Positions 25,076 through 37,362 of a stretch of 64,000 nt of DNA are shown here, in pieces. Source of the stretch: Mobula hypostoma (lineage: Eukaryota). Below the pieces are notes generated by a model. It worked only from the letters and a program-made list of their open reading frames with translations, searched no databases and was not told the origin of the DNA. The stretch spans positions 26,290,001-26,354,000 of the forward strand of contig NC_086097.1 of assembly GCF_963921235.1 (NCBI RefSeq), given 5' to 3'. How positions within the stretch are numbered: position 1 is the first letter of the stretch; the number at the start of each line of letters is the position of its first letter. Both the position numbers and the translations under genes were made by a program.

Positions 25076-26469
25076 AATGTGAAAAATGTGTGTTAGGAAT
25101 GCCTGCCCTTACTTCCACATCACAGTCGGCATAACAACAATACTGATTTGATCAGCCTTAAAGTTTATCCCTGTAAGGTACACAAATAAAAGCTATTTAA
25201 AATACAAACTTGGGTGAGTTTATTTAGATTTATTAATCACATATATATTGAAACAGAGTGAAATGTGTTGTTTGCGTCAGCAACCAACACAGTCTGAGGA
25301 TGTACCGGGGGCAGCCTGCAAGTGTCACCACACTTCTGGTGCCAACAGAGCATGCCCATAATATTCAGCAGTACACGCAGCCAACATAGACACAACTATA
25401 GTAAAACAATCAAGAGAAAGTCTGCAGATGCTGGAAATCCAAGTTAAACGCACAAAATGCTGGAGGAACTCAGCAGGCCAAGCAGCATCTATGGAAAAGA
25501 GTACAGTCGATGTTTCAGGCCAAGACAGTAAAACAAACCCCTTTCTACTAACCACCTCCCATGAGGGATCACTGACCTTGTCCTCAGTATTCGCCGACCA
25601 TGGTACTTGCCCTTCAGCATTGTAGGCCTTTGTCCTTAAGCACCTACCAAGCCAATCTCCATCCTCAGAGATCGCTAGAGTCTGAGATCTGAACCTGCCG
25701 AATAATTACTGCTACTTTATCCTTCCTAGCGATTTTGAAGCCATGGCATGCATATACAAATGTACAAAAGAAAAAAAACATTTTGTCGCTAAACCTCCTC
25801 ACCCCTGGTATAATGGTGCAAGGAAAGTACAGTTCCTGTTTTGTGAAGTGATGGGGAAGCGCAATTTTTCTCCTTTATAAACTGGAGAACAAGGGATGCA
25901 AGGCTCTGTGTCACAGTTCATATGTACTTGGAAAGGAAAAGTCTGTGGGGCTACCTGCTGCTTTGAATCAGCTCCAGTCCTGCTCCAGCAATGGCCAAAC
26001 ACTGGCTTGCTCCTCGCTCTTGGGGCCAGGCCATAACACCTTGATTCGGCCCATACATGCACGCTGTTGAGTTCTGTTCATTTGGGCTATGTCAGTATTT
26101 AGTAGGCATGCGCACGTTCCTTGTTATGCACATACATGCTGGGGAGGAAGGTGGGATTGTGGGGAAAACAGGTGTATTGAACAGAGACACTGAAAGTAAA
26201 GTTGTTGAAATGAAAAGAAAAACTTGTCTTTGTTGTTTGAGCATTGACACATGCCAAGCCACAACCGTCCTACACCTTCGAGACTTCAGTTTACATCGCA
26301 AAAATGCCAAGTCATAAAGGTGGTTCAAAAGCTCACCTCTGAAAGAGAAGTTAACAGGTTATCGATTGCAGTGAGCATTTTTGAGAAGTATGATTAAATA
26401 GAGTACTTAGTAGTTTTGTTTGCTGCCAGCAAGTCATCGCTGTGCTTCACCAGCATATTAAACCAGGTA

Positions 26470-26935
26470 CATATATGTTAATTTTCTGCAGGCATTTACA
26501 AGAAAAAATAATTACAATAGAATTAATGAAAAATTACACAATGTGCAAAAGACAAACTGTGCAAATAAAATACACTGAAAACATGAGTTGTAAAGAATCC
26601 TTGAAAGTGAGTCTATAGGTCGTAGAATCAGTTCAGAGTTGAGGTGAGTGGAGTTATCAATGCCGGTTCAGGAGCCTGATGGTTCAGGGGTAATAACTGT
26701 TCCTGAACCTGGTAGTGTGGGACCTGAGGCTCCTGCACCTCCTGCCAATGGTAGTAGCGAGAAGAGTAGCACAGCCTGGATGGTGGGGGTCTTTGCTGAC
26801 AGATGCTGCTTTCTTGTGACAGCATTCCATTTAAATGTACTCATTGGTGTGGAGGGCTTAGCCTGTGATGGCCTGGGCTGTATCCACCATTTTCTGTTCT
26901 TGGGCACGCTGTGATGAAACCAGCTGGATACGGTG
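26470..26935 (-). mobile_element. Rex1/Babar 3' fragment
   Basis: Same 3' sequence as 32325-33600 and 35200-35610. Confidence 0.8.
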
Positions 26936-28428
26936 CACTGAGATGGACTATTATCTCTCAGATGTTCACCTGGTTTACCTTTACAGGGGCTGAGAATCTA
27001 TCTTGCTGTACCTGACTCTACATTTACAGAGTCAACATGAAAACTACAAACTTGGAACCTGTGCAGGAAGGATGCTGAACAGGGCTCTATTTTCCTAAGA
27101 GAGTGAAAAAGAGTAAAGTCAGCATTAAAGTGTAAAGAGGCAGCATTTTTTTTCTCCTTGAGCTACCCCACCACAAAGCAGATAGCTTAACAAACATCAT
27201 GCAGCCATAACCTTACCCTGCATGAAGCACACTTTCTCTGAAGTACAAAGTCACTCATCAAAGTTAATGATCAAAGTAAATTTATTATCAAAGTATTAGA
27301 CTTGCGATCACTTGAGCCGAATTTGATGTTTTCCTAAAGGATTGTCTATTGGTGGGTCTGTAGAGACTGATCCAGGATCCACATATTCTGGTGCAGTGTG
27401 GGCGCAAGTGTGGCTGTGGTTAGTAGCTGAGTCTTTTGGCTGCTCAGTCTCTCTGCGGCACAGTGGGGGTCATTATCAACGTGCATATATGTCACCATAT
27501 ATTACCCTGAGATTCATTTCCTTGCAGGAATTTACAGGAAACTAAAGAAATTCATGAATAACAGCCAATGTGCAAAAGAAGACAATTTGTAGAAATAAAT
27601 AAATAATACTGAGAACATAAGATGTAGAGTGCCAGAAAGTGGTAGATTGCAGAATCAGTTCAGTGCTCAGGTGAGTGAAGTTACCCATGCTGGTTCAGGA
27701 CAGAGCCTAACGGTTGCTGACAGTGTGGGACTGAAGGCTCCTACACAATCATGGCTCTCTGCAGACCTGTGAAGCCTTTTGACCAGAGTGCCTGCTTTAT
27801 ATCCTTTGGACTGAATATCCACAGATAGATTAGAGACAAGTTGAAACTGAATGCAGAAAGGAGTGGAACAGGAGATCAGACTCTGCTCACAGCAAACAGA
27901 ACTGTTCTTGATAGAGTGACAGTCTGGTCTGATCTATTTATACTGTTACCATGTGAACAGAATAGCAGACTATTGCACTTCATTCAGCAGTTTCAAAGTC
28001 AGGAGAAATGCCTCGTCTGTCTTTGCCTTTCCAGTTGAATAAGAGCTCCCAATACAAAGAGGACTAATGAAAAACAAACAGAAAGCCTCTTCTTCAGAGG
28101 TTGCTGTTTCCTCCACCAATTAGAATTGTAAAGGGTCAGACGTATGAGTGGTCACGATTAGATCGCCCAGCACCATTTATCACTAGCTTCAAAGCCTTTC
28201 TGCAGTCTATTATTCTTGCCACAAAACAAAGAATCACATAAGTCATGACTTCATTTAAACTCACACTAAAACATTACAGCATCTTATTGTGTTGTACACT
28301 GAAGAACAGATGGGAGTTGTAAGGACGAAGAAACGTGCAAAGCAAATAGCTCAAATTTGTTCATTTAAAACCATTAACTCAGCTGATACTTTTCTAATAG
28401 CAGCGTAAAGAAAGATATTAAAATTAAA

Positions 28429-28905
28429 TTGAACATCATTATTTCTCTAACATATGGTAATTTCTCCTTTCTCCCCTTCTCCATTTTTCCATTCCCCATT
28501 CTGGCTCCCCACTTAACCCTTCATTGCCCATCACCTCCTTCTAGTGCCCCTCCTCCTTCCTTTTCTCCCATAGTCCGCTCGCCTCTCCTGTCAAGATTCC
28601 TTCTTCAGTCCTCTACCTCTTCCACCTACCACTTCCCAGTTTCTTACATCATCTCCCCGCTCCCGGACCCACCCAGCTTCCCCCTCACCTCGTCTCATCT
28701 CTCACCTGCCAGCTTGTAGTCCTTCCCTTACCCCTAACTTCTAATTCTGGCTTCTTCCCTCTTCTGTTTTAGTCCTGATTCAGATTCATTTGATTTGTCA
28801 CGTGTAGCAACAAATACCGTGAAACGTGTCGTTTGCATTAACAACCAGCCTCCAGAGTTTTGTGTGTGTTCCTCAAGATTTCCAGCATTTGCAGAACCTC
28901 TTGTG
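28429..28905 (+). mobile_element. Penelope-like element 3' region (pyrimidine-rich UTR and terminal repeat)
   Basis: Same organisation as the reverse complement of 50095-50490. Confidence 0.7.
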
Positions 28906-29699
28906 CTGATTGAAATTAAAGTACCTTAAAAACAGTTTCAAGAATTTTTCATGGGATAAAAGATTATTTTGCATAAAATACACTGCATGTCTAATGCTTC
29001 AAAAAAGACCATTTAATTTTTGTACCTCAAAAGCTTACAACTCATGCTTAAGGAGGTTTTCAAAAGTTAATTAAAAGGTGGGATAGAACAAAGTAATGCA
29101 GATATGATGCTGCTTCCAATGACATAAGCTTCCTGAGACAAGAAATGAAACCATCTTATCAGCAGCATGCAGCAAAGTTTCAGCATGTTAAACTAATGAC
29201 TCCTAAATGATACTACAATTAAGAATTGGAACTATGCTGAACTCCGGCTAATGACACAAACAAAATATCGGAAATTTCAGCTCTGAATGTAGAAGTTAGT
29301 TAAGGAAACTACAACAGCGATCATTCCAGACACATCAGCACTTCCCTTAAAGAACTCAGTCCAACAAAACCTAAATTGTTGACTGAAACATACAAGCTGC
29401 AGAAATGAAAGCAGAAAACACGGGAAAGACTCAGCAAGTTAAGCAGGATCCGTGAAAGAAAGTGAGTCAATGTTTTGTCATCAGAAATTTCTGAGGGATC
29501 TTCACAGGGTGGGTATGGACAGGATGTTTCCTCCTGTAGGAAAATAAATGAGTGGGGACCACTGTTTAAAAATAACGTGTTGGCCATTTAAGACAGGAAT
29601 AAGGAAAAAGTCTCAATCAGAAGTCTTTGGAAGCTCTTCCTTAAAGAACAGTACAGAGTCTTTTAAGTATTATTAAGGCAGAGGGAGGTAGCTTCTAGA

Positions 29700-30305
29700 T
29701 AAACCTGAGTTTATTATCACTGACATATGTTGTGAAATTTCTTGTTTTGTGACCCCAGTACAGTGCAATACATAGAAAAATTACTATTAGTTACATAAGA
29801 GATATATAACATCTAAATAAATAGTGCAAAAAGAGAGCAAAAACAGTGAGATAGTGTACATGAGTTTATGGGCAGTTCAGAAATCTTACAGCAGAGAGGA
29901 AGAAGCTGTTTCAAAACCACTGAGTGTGTGCCCCCAAGGCTCCGGTATTGCCTCCCTGATGGTGGTAACGAGAAGAGGGCATGTCTTGGTGGTGCTAGTC
30001 CTTAATGATTGATGCTGCCTTTTGAAGATACCCTTGATGGTGGGGAGGCTCGTGCTGTCTGAGTTTACAACCCTCTGCGGCTTTCACTGATCCTGTGCAG
30101 TGGCTCCTCCGTACCAGATGGTGATGCAACCAGTTAGAATGCTCACTGCTGTACCTCCGCATAAATTTGCAAGAGTTTTTGGTAACATAACAAACTGACT
30201 CAAACTCCTAATGAAATACAGCCGCTGACGTGCCTCCTTTATAACAGCACCAATATGCTGGGCCCACGATAAATCTTCAGAGGTGTTGACACCCAGGTAC
30301 TTGAG
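29700..30305 (-). mobile_element. Rex1/Babar 3' fragment
   Basis: KYLGVNTSEDLSW...ARQRLYFIRSL...SILTGCITIWYG. Confidence 0.85.
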
Positions 30306-31237
30306 GATGAAAAACGATTGCCATGAGAAAATGCAATCCAACCATCATCTTCCTCAACGGCAAATGCCTGTGTGGTGTTAAAAAAAACAGCAAAGCAGAT
30401 CAAGCAAAGAGCAAGAACTAAAATTAAGAACTGAATTCGATCCCTGCAGTTAGTTATTGCTTCTTCAACATTGCTAGAAACCATTTCCCTCCATTTAAAA
30501 AAAATATAAATCCAAACTTAATGAATATGGAAAATTAAACCTACATTCCAAATCTGTAATTGGGATGTACCTACAATATTCAGGGCATCATCTCAAATTT
30601 AAGTTTATAAAATAATATAATCACACATCCAATCACATTACAGTGATTTCAATATAATAATCAGCCAACTGATGTGTACATGTAACATAAGTAAATAGCC
30701 ATTGTCTGAAATCATTTTTATACCAGCAAGGTGAAGTTGCTCATGGAATTGTTTTCAGATATTTTCCTTTTCAACATCTACTGCAGATAATCATTTCCTA
30801 CAGTCATCAATAAAGCCACTACAACAGCAGGTCAACACAAACGCAGGTAATTTCTCCGTAAGCATACCTACCTGCTGAAAAATGTCATTTCAAATCTTTC
30901 ACAAAATGCGATTCATTAATTTAAGATTAAGTTATTTCAATTCACAGTCATGTCCAATGCAGAACTGTGTCAATCAGCATGTCTCCTGGTTAACAATTTG
31001 CATTAGTGCTGATAGACATATCAAACTATTCCCAAGATTACACAATGTTGCAAATGATTACTAATTTTGTCCCACTTTTCTTGAGCAGTTGCCACCTTCA
31101 AACTTCACAGATGTTCACAAGTGCACAATTTCAAAGTTTGTAAGACAGAAAACAATTACTTGCACTACTTAATTGCCTTGACTAAGAAATCTGTCCGTGT
31201 TGGTATCTAACCTTCAGCTTTCAAAGTATGGTTCTTT

Positions 31238-32325
31238 GACATAGAAGATAGAACAGTACAGCATGGTACAAAACTTCTGGCCCACGATGTTGTTCCGTCC
31301 TTTCAATCTATTCTGAGATTAACCTAACCCTTCCCTCACACATGGCCCTCCATTTTTCTTTCATCCATGTGCCTATCTAGGAGCCTCTTAAATGCCCCTA
31401 ATGTCCCTAATGCCTCTACCACCATCCCTGGCAGCATGTGTAAAACAAAACTGACAACCCCACCCCCATACTTTCCTTCAATCATCTTAAAATTATGCCC
31501 CCCTTGTGTTAACCATTTCCACCCTGGGAAGAAGTCTTTGGCTGTCCATTCAATCTATGTCTCATATCATCTTGTACACCTCTATCAAGTCACCACTCAT
31601 ATTCCTTTGTTCCAAAGGGAAAAACCTAAGCTCACTCAACCTATCCTCGTATGACATGCTCTTCAGTCCAGGCAGCATCCTGTTAAATCTCCTTTGCAAC
31701 CTCTCTGAAGCTTCTACATCCTTCCTATAATGAGGTGACCAGAAATCCAAGTGTGGTCTAGCCAGAATTAGATACAGACTTGTATTAATATTGGAGCGGC
31801 ACAATAGCTAGCAGTGACCACATGTTTTACAACACGACCAATCTCTGATCAGAGTCCAGCACCCGACGCTGTCAGTAAGGAGTTTGTACATTGTCCCTGT
31901 GGCTGCATGGGTTATCTCCGATTTCCTCCCCTATTTTAAAGGTGTATGGTTCGGGTTATTGAATTGGGGGCATGCTACATTGGTGCCAGAAGCGTGGCCA
32001 CACTTGCAGGCTGCCTCCAGCATTCGTCAGATTGTGTTGGATGTTGTTGCAAAAACGATGCACTTCAGTGTGTTCTGATGCAAATAAGAAAAATAAATCT
32101 ACTCTCATCTATAGAGCTGCAATATTACCTCATCACTCCTGAACTCAATCCCCTGACTAAAGGAGGCCAACGCATTATACTCCTTCTTAACCACCCTATC
32201 AACTTGCGCAGCATCTTGAGGGATCTATGGATGTGAACCCCAAAATCTTTCTGTTCCTCCACACTGCTGAGAATCCCGCCATTAACCCTTCAAATTCAAC
32301 CTTCCAAAGTGAATCACTTCACACT
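31238..32325 (-). mobile_element. CR1 fragment interrupted by a V-SINE (+) at ~31790-32108
   Basis: FWSPHYRKDVEASERLQRRFNRMLPGL; CR1 sequence resumes at ~32110. Confidence 0.85.
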
Positions 32326-34395
32326 TCAAAGATCAAAGTAAGTTTATTAACAAAGTACAAATGTCGCCATATACAACCATGAGGTATATTTTCTCTGGTG
32401 GGCATTCACAAGAGACACAACAGAGTCAATGAAAGACCGATGCCACATAGGACCGACAAATAGTTAAGGTGGAAAAAGCAACAAACTGTGCAAATATAAA
32501 AGAGAAAAAAGAAATAATAAAAATAATAATAACAACCATAACAATAAACTGAACACCACGAGAACAGTCCGAAAGGTCCCAGCAATTGAGAAATTAGTGT
32601 GCTTGGCCATGCCTGTACCTTGTCTTTTTCCAGAAAGAAATAATAATAATAGTAATAACACCAGTAATAAATAAATAAGCAAGCAATAAATATCGAGAAC
32701 ATGAGATGAAGAAGTCTTGAAAGTGAGTTCATAGGTTGTGGAACAGTTCGGTGATGGGGCAAGTGGAGTTTGTTGTAGCGTGGATGAAATCACCAGAGAG
32801 ACAGTGTCACTGGTAGATACAAAGCAGTTTCTTTATTCGACACAACAAGCTACAGCAGGCATCATACGGACGGAGACGCTTTCCGCAGAAAGGTCTGCTA
32901 GCTCAATGTGGGCTCGATATTTATATGCTAAACACAAAGGCAATCGCTACTTAAAAAGTTATAGACAATGCTTAGACAATGCTTCCTATTGAAGCTACAT
33001 ACAAAATATCACACCATCCTTTCCTTCCGACGCCAACATGTCGGGGTTGGTATCCACAGCCTTTAGGAATGTAAGTTAAGTCTACGATACATTTATTTGA
33101 CATTTCCCGTGCTAACATAGAAGACAATTAATATTTATAATGCATAGATAATACTGTCCTCGAATCTACAGCATTAGGTCAAACTACGGCACCAGAAGCA
33201 TCTGGTATTCACAGCTTTTAGGAAGCCCATTGTGGTGGACTCAATCCACAGTCCTTTGTCAAACAGTTAAAATAGAAGTCTGGTGGCCAAAGTCATTTAA
33301 GTGTAAACAAATCATCTATGCAAAAAAAACTCACTCTAACAGAGTTAAGTGACGTTATCCCCTCTGGTTCAAGAGCCTAATGGTTGAGGGGTAATAACTG
33401 TTCCCAGAGCCTGGTGGTGTGGGACCTGAGGCTCTTATACCTTCTTTTTGATGGCAGCAGCAAGAAGAGAGTATGGTCTGGATGGTGGGGGTCCTTGATG
33501 ACGAATGCTGCTTTCCTGTGACGTCGCTCCGTGTAGACGTGCTCAGTGGTGGGGAGGGCGTTATCCTTGTTGGACTGGGCTGTATCTACTACATTTAGTA
33601 GGCTTTTCCATTCAAGGGCATTGGTGTTCCCATACCAGACTGTGACGCAACCAGTCAATATACTCCCCACCACACATCTACAGAAATTTGTCAAAGTTTT
33701 AGATGTCATGTTGAATGATCCAGGATAGATCCTCCGAAATGATAACTTTGAGGAATTTAAAGTTGCTGACCCTCTCCACCTCTGATCTCCTGACGAGGAC
33801 TGGCTCATGGAGCTCCAGTTTCCTCCTCCTGAACTCAATAATCAGCTCTTTGGACTTGCTGATACTAAGTGAGAGGTTGTTGTTGTGGCCCCACTCAGCC
33901 AGATTTTCAATCTCCCTTCTATATGCTGATATGTCACCAACTTTAATTTGGCAACAGTGGCGTCAACGGCAAACTTAAATATGGCATTGGAGTTGTGCTG
34001 AGCTTCACAGTCATAAGTATAAAGTGAGTAGAGCAGGAGATTAAGCACACAGCCTGGTGGTTCACCTGTGCTGATGGAGACTGGAGGAGATGTTGTTACC
34101 AATTCAAACTGACTGGGGTCTACAAGTGAGAAAATCAGTATCCAGTTACACAAGGAGGTCTTGAAGCTTATTGATTAGTTTTGAGGGGATGATAGTGTTG
34201 AATGCCAAGCTGTAGTCAGTGAAGAGCATCCTGATGTATGCATCTTCACTGTCCAGATATTCCAGGGTTGAGTGAAGAGCCAATGAAAAGGCATCTGCTG
34301 TTGACCTGTTGTTACAAGGCAAGTTGCTCCTCAGGCAGGAGACGATATATTTCATTACCAACCTCTCAAATCACATCATCACATTGGATGTAAGT
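32325..34395 (-). mobile_element. Rex1/Babar-type LINE 3' half (RT and C-terminus), hosting a solo LTR
   Basis: RSTADAFSLALH...YIRMLFTDYSLAFNTIIP; STGEPPGCVL..LLYSLYTYDC...KFAVD. Confidence 0.9.
32771..33341 (-). mobile_element. Solo LTR (571 bp)
   Basis: TGTT...AACA termini; 5-bp TSD GAGTT at 32766-32770 and 33342-33346; minus-strand TATAAA (32920-32925) then AATAAA (32832-32837). Confidence 0.88.
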
Positions 34396-34981
34396 CTGAA
34401 TTCCATCCATCACTTTCCCAGGCCTGCTCTGTGTCCTATCATTGATGATATTAAATGCATTTGGCACTTGTGAAACATCAACTAATACATTTGCATGCAT
34501 CTTGATAAGGGAAAGATAGATACTTTTAATTTAAGACATTTCAGAGTGTCAATTCCAAGCAGGAGCAGCAGAGGGTGCTCTTTTGATCCTGGAGCTCAAG
34601 ATTATAGTTGGCACCGAGAGATACTCTGCCCTAGCACATGCTACAGTTGCCTTGAGAACGAGATAAGGGGAAGGGTTCTGTTTCCCCACATAACAACTGT
34701 CACCCTGACCACAGCAGGTTATGTACATACTTCACTGTAACATGTTTACATTGCTTCAGAGAAACGTTTTAACACTTTAGGGGAAAATCAGTTAAACAAT
34801 ACACAGCTGAAATTTGTAAAACAATTACACTATAAAGTTGGGAAAGCAGAATAATCCAATTTCTACGTGAAAACACCCCAGATACACCAGGTTTGAGCAC
34901 TCATGTCCTATCTAGGACTTTTACCACACTTACTAGGTTTCACATATGAACTTCACCTGCAGACTGGTGTAAGGCCAGAGC

Positions 34982-35185
34982 TTTAGAGCAGATTAGCTTT
35001 ACATGGACAATGAAACATCGAAACGTACATTTGAGTCAATGACCAATACAGCCCTAAGAAGTGCTGAGGGTGGCCTGCAAGTGTTGCCATGCTTCCGGCA
35101 CCAAGGTAGCAAGCCCTAACCCTGAGCAGTATGTCTTTGGAATGTGGGAGGAAACTGGAGCAGCCAGACGTAACCCATGTAGTCA
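34982..35185 (-). mobile_element. V-type SINE, 5' truncated
   Basis: tttggaatgtgggaggaaactggagca (reverse complement of V-domain) plus the shared tail. Confidence 0.8.
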
Positions 35186-35199
35186 AAAGGGAGAACGTT

Positions 35200-35610
35200 C
35201 AAAGTTCAAAGAAAATTTATTATCAAAGTACGTATATGTCACCATACACCATTAATTTTCTTGTGGGTCTTTGCAGTAGAACAAAGAAAGGCAATAGAAT
35301 CAGTGAGAAACTACTCACAAAGACTGACAAATAAAAAATGTGCAAAAGAAGACAAACAGTGCAAATAAATACAAATAATTAATAAATAGTAAATAAGTAA
35401 TTCTGAGAACATGAACGGTAGAGTCCTTGAAAGTGAGTCCATAGGTTGCGGAATCAGTTCAGTGTTGGGGTGAGTGAAGTTATCCGCGCTGGTTCAGAAG
35501 CCTGATGGTTGAAGGATAATAATAATGGTTCCTGAAACTGGTGGTGTGGGACTTAAGGCTCCTGTACCTCCTACCAGATGGCAGCCATGAGAAGAGAGCA
35601 TAGAGACAGC
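35200..35610 (-). mobile_element. Rex1/Babar 3' fragment
   Basis: ALFSWLPSGRRYRSLKSHTTSFRN..YPSTIRLLN. Confidence 0.85.
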
Positions 35611-36189
35611 AACAAAAATTGCACCCCTTTACACTACATTTTAAATGTTTTCCAATATTAACTGACAGCCAATAGATCCCACCATGGAAACACACAGGCG
35701 CAGGGCTCTACATCCCACAGGCAGTAAGCAACACAAGAGGCTGGATTGTGTGAAGGTCTATCAGTTGGTGCCGGTCTGAAACTGGTGTAACTCAGTGTTA
35801 GTTGTCCTTGTCCTCAAAAGCTCCTTTTTGAAGATATAAATCACTTTGCACCAAAATAAACAATGCAGTCTTTGAACACACAGTGAATTCAATTCAGCTT
35901 GGAGCTCCACAATGGAACCGAATATAAATGATCCAGCAAAGCGGAGGTTTATACCATTGCAAGCTAGCTTCCTTTCTGTGTTTTGTAACAAGGAAACAGT
36001 GTTACTTACACAATTCTGATTTTCTTCACAGCCCAGCAAGTACTGGCTGAGTTACAAGTTCTCCACTAAGCGAAATTCTCTGTGTTATCAAGCAAACGTT
36101 ATTTAACTGGTGCAATGCATACCTACATTCAGATAAGAAAAGGTAGTTGCATGTGTTGTGACTGGATGGACGAATCCCACCTGTACAGA

Positions 36190-36535
36190 CGATGTTTCCT
36201 ATAAGTGGTGGAGTCTAAGACCAGAGGGCACAGCCTCAAAATAGATGGATGGCTCTTTAGAACAGAGATGAGGAGGAATTCCTTTACCCAGATGGAGGAT
36301 AGTGAATCTGTGGAACTCATTAAATTAGAGGTTGATATGTTCCTGATTAGTAAGGACATCAAAGGTTACCGGGAGGCAGCAGGAGAATGGCGTTCAGAGG
36401 GATAATAAATCAGCCATGATGGACCAGAAGGGCCGAGATGGCCTGTTTCCATGCTGTAATTGTTATATGGTTATATGGAATGGCAGAGCATACTCGATGG
36501 GCCAAATGGCCTAATTCTGCTCCTGTGTCTATCTA
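36190..36535 (+). mobile_element. CR1 3' fragment
   Basis: VESKTRGHSLKIDG..FRTEMRRNSF. Confidence 0.85.
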
Positions 36536-36644
36536 TTATGAATCAGAAGAATTCCAGGAACTGAGCTCATATTATATCACTGCAGCATGAGAATGTGACT
36601 ACAGTGTTTTTTTTAAAAAAAGCAAAAATCTGATCTCATAACTA

Positions 36645-36835
36645 CACACACAAAATGCTGCTGGAAGTCAGCAGATCAGGCAGCATGAAATGGAACTTGA
36701 CAGAGTCCTGATGAAGGGTCTTGGCTGAAATGTTGACTGTTTATTCCCCTTCATAGGCCTGACCTGCTGAGTTCTTCCAGCATTTTGTGCATACTGTTGC
36801 TCTGGAGTTCCAGCACCTACAGAAACTATTGTGCT
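36645..36835 (+). mobile_element. PLE-derived hairpin with a hammerhead core
   Basis: agtc-CTGATGA-agggtcttggct-GAAA-tgtt-gact at 36704-36738, between inverted arms. Confidence 0.75.
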
Positions 36836-37096
36836 TCTGAATTCATAGCTGCCAATTTTCATTATGATAGAAAATAGTTAACCTATACTTCACCTACAGC
36901 CTCATAGGCTCTGCAATGTTTCACTCCAATTCCACAGGGAACATGCTTATCAAGTATTGTGAGGCTCTCAAAATTATTTGTGATTGTTGTGTAATGCAGT
37001 CCAAGACAACGACAACTACAATCAGAGAATAACTTAAAAAAAGATTTCTTCTGATAACAGCAACCAAAAATATCAAAAACATACTCTCAAAAACTT

Positions 37097-37362
37097 ATGT
37101 GGCATGGTAGCGTGGCTGCTGACTATAAAGAGTTTGTATGTTCTGCCTTGGATTTTGTGAGTTTTTTTCCGGGTACTCTGGTTTCCTCCCACATTCCATA
37201 GACATACGGGTTAGGGCTAGTAAATTGTAGGCGTACGATGTTGGCTCAGGAAGCACAGTGACACTTACAACCTGCACCCAGAACATCCCCGATGCTGGCA
37301 ACACATATCACCGTATGTTTCGATGTTTTGACGTACATGTGACAAATAAAGCTTTAACCTTT
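37097..37362 (+). mobile_element. V-type SINE
   Basis: ggcatggtagcg head, ccgggtactctggtttcctcccacattcca V-domain, shared tail. Confidence 0.8.

Noticed and set aside
25803..25875. Frame ending TIIPG at the donor, reminiscent of a CACNB2 alternative first exon
   Set aside because: That frame has an upstream stop and no ATG, and a four-residue match is not enough.
30239..30484. 81-aa ORF with a transmembrane-like stretch and a good minus-strand acceptor near 30370
   Set aside because: The hydrophobicity comes from a T-rich tract. The ORF runs into a Rex fragment and no donor is evident.
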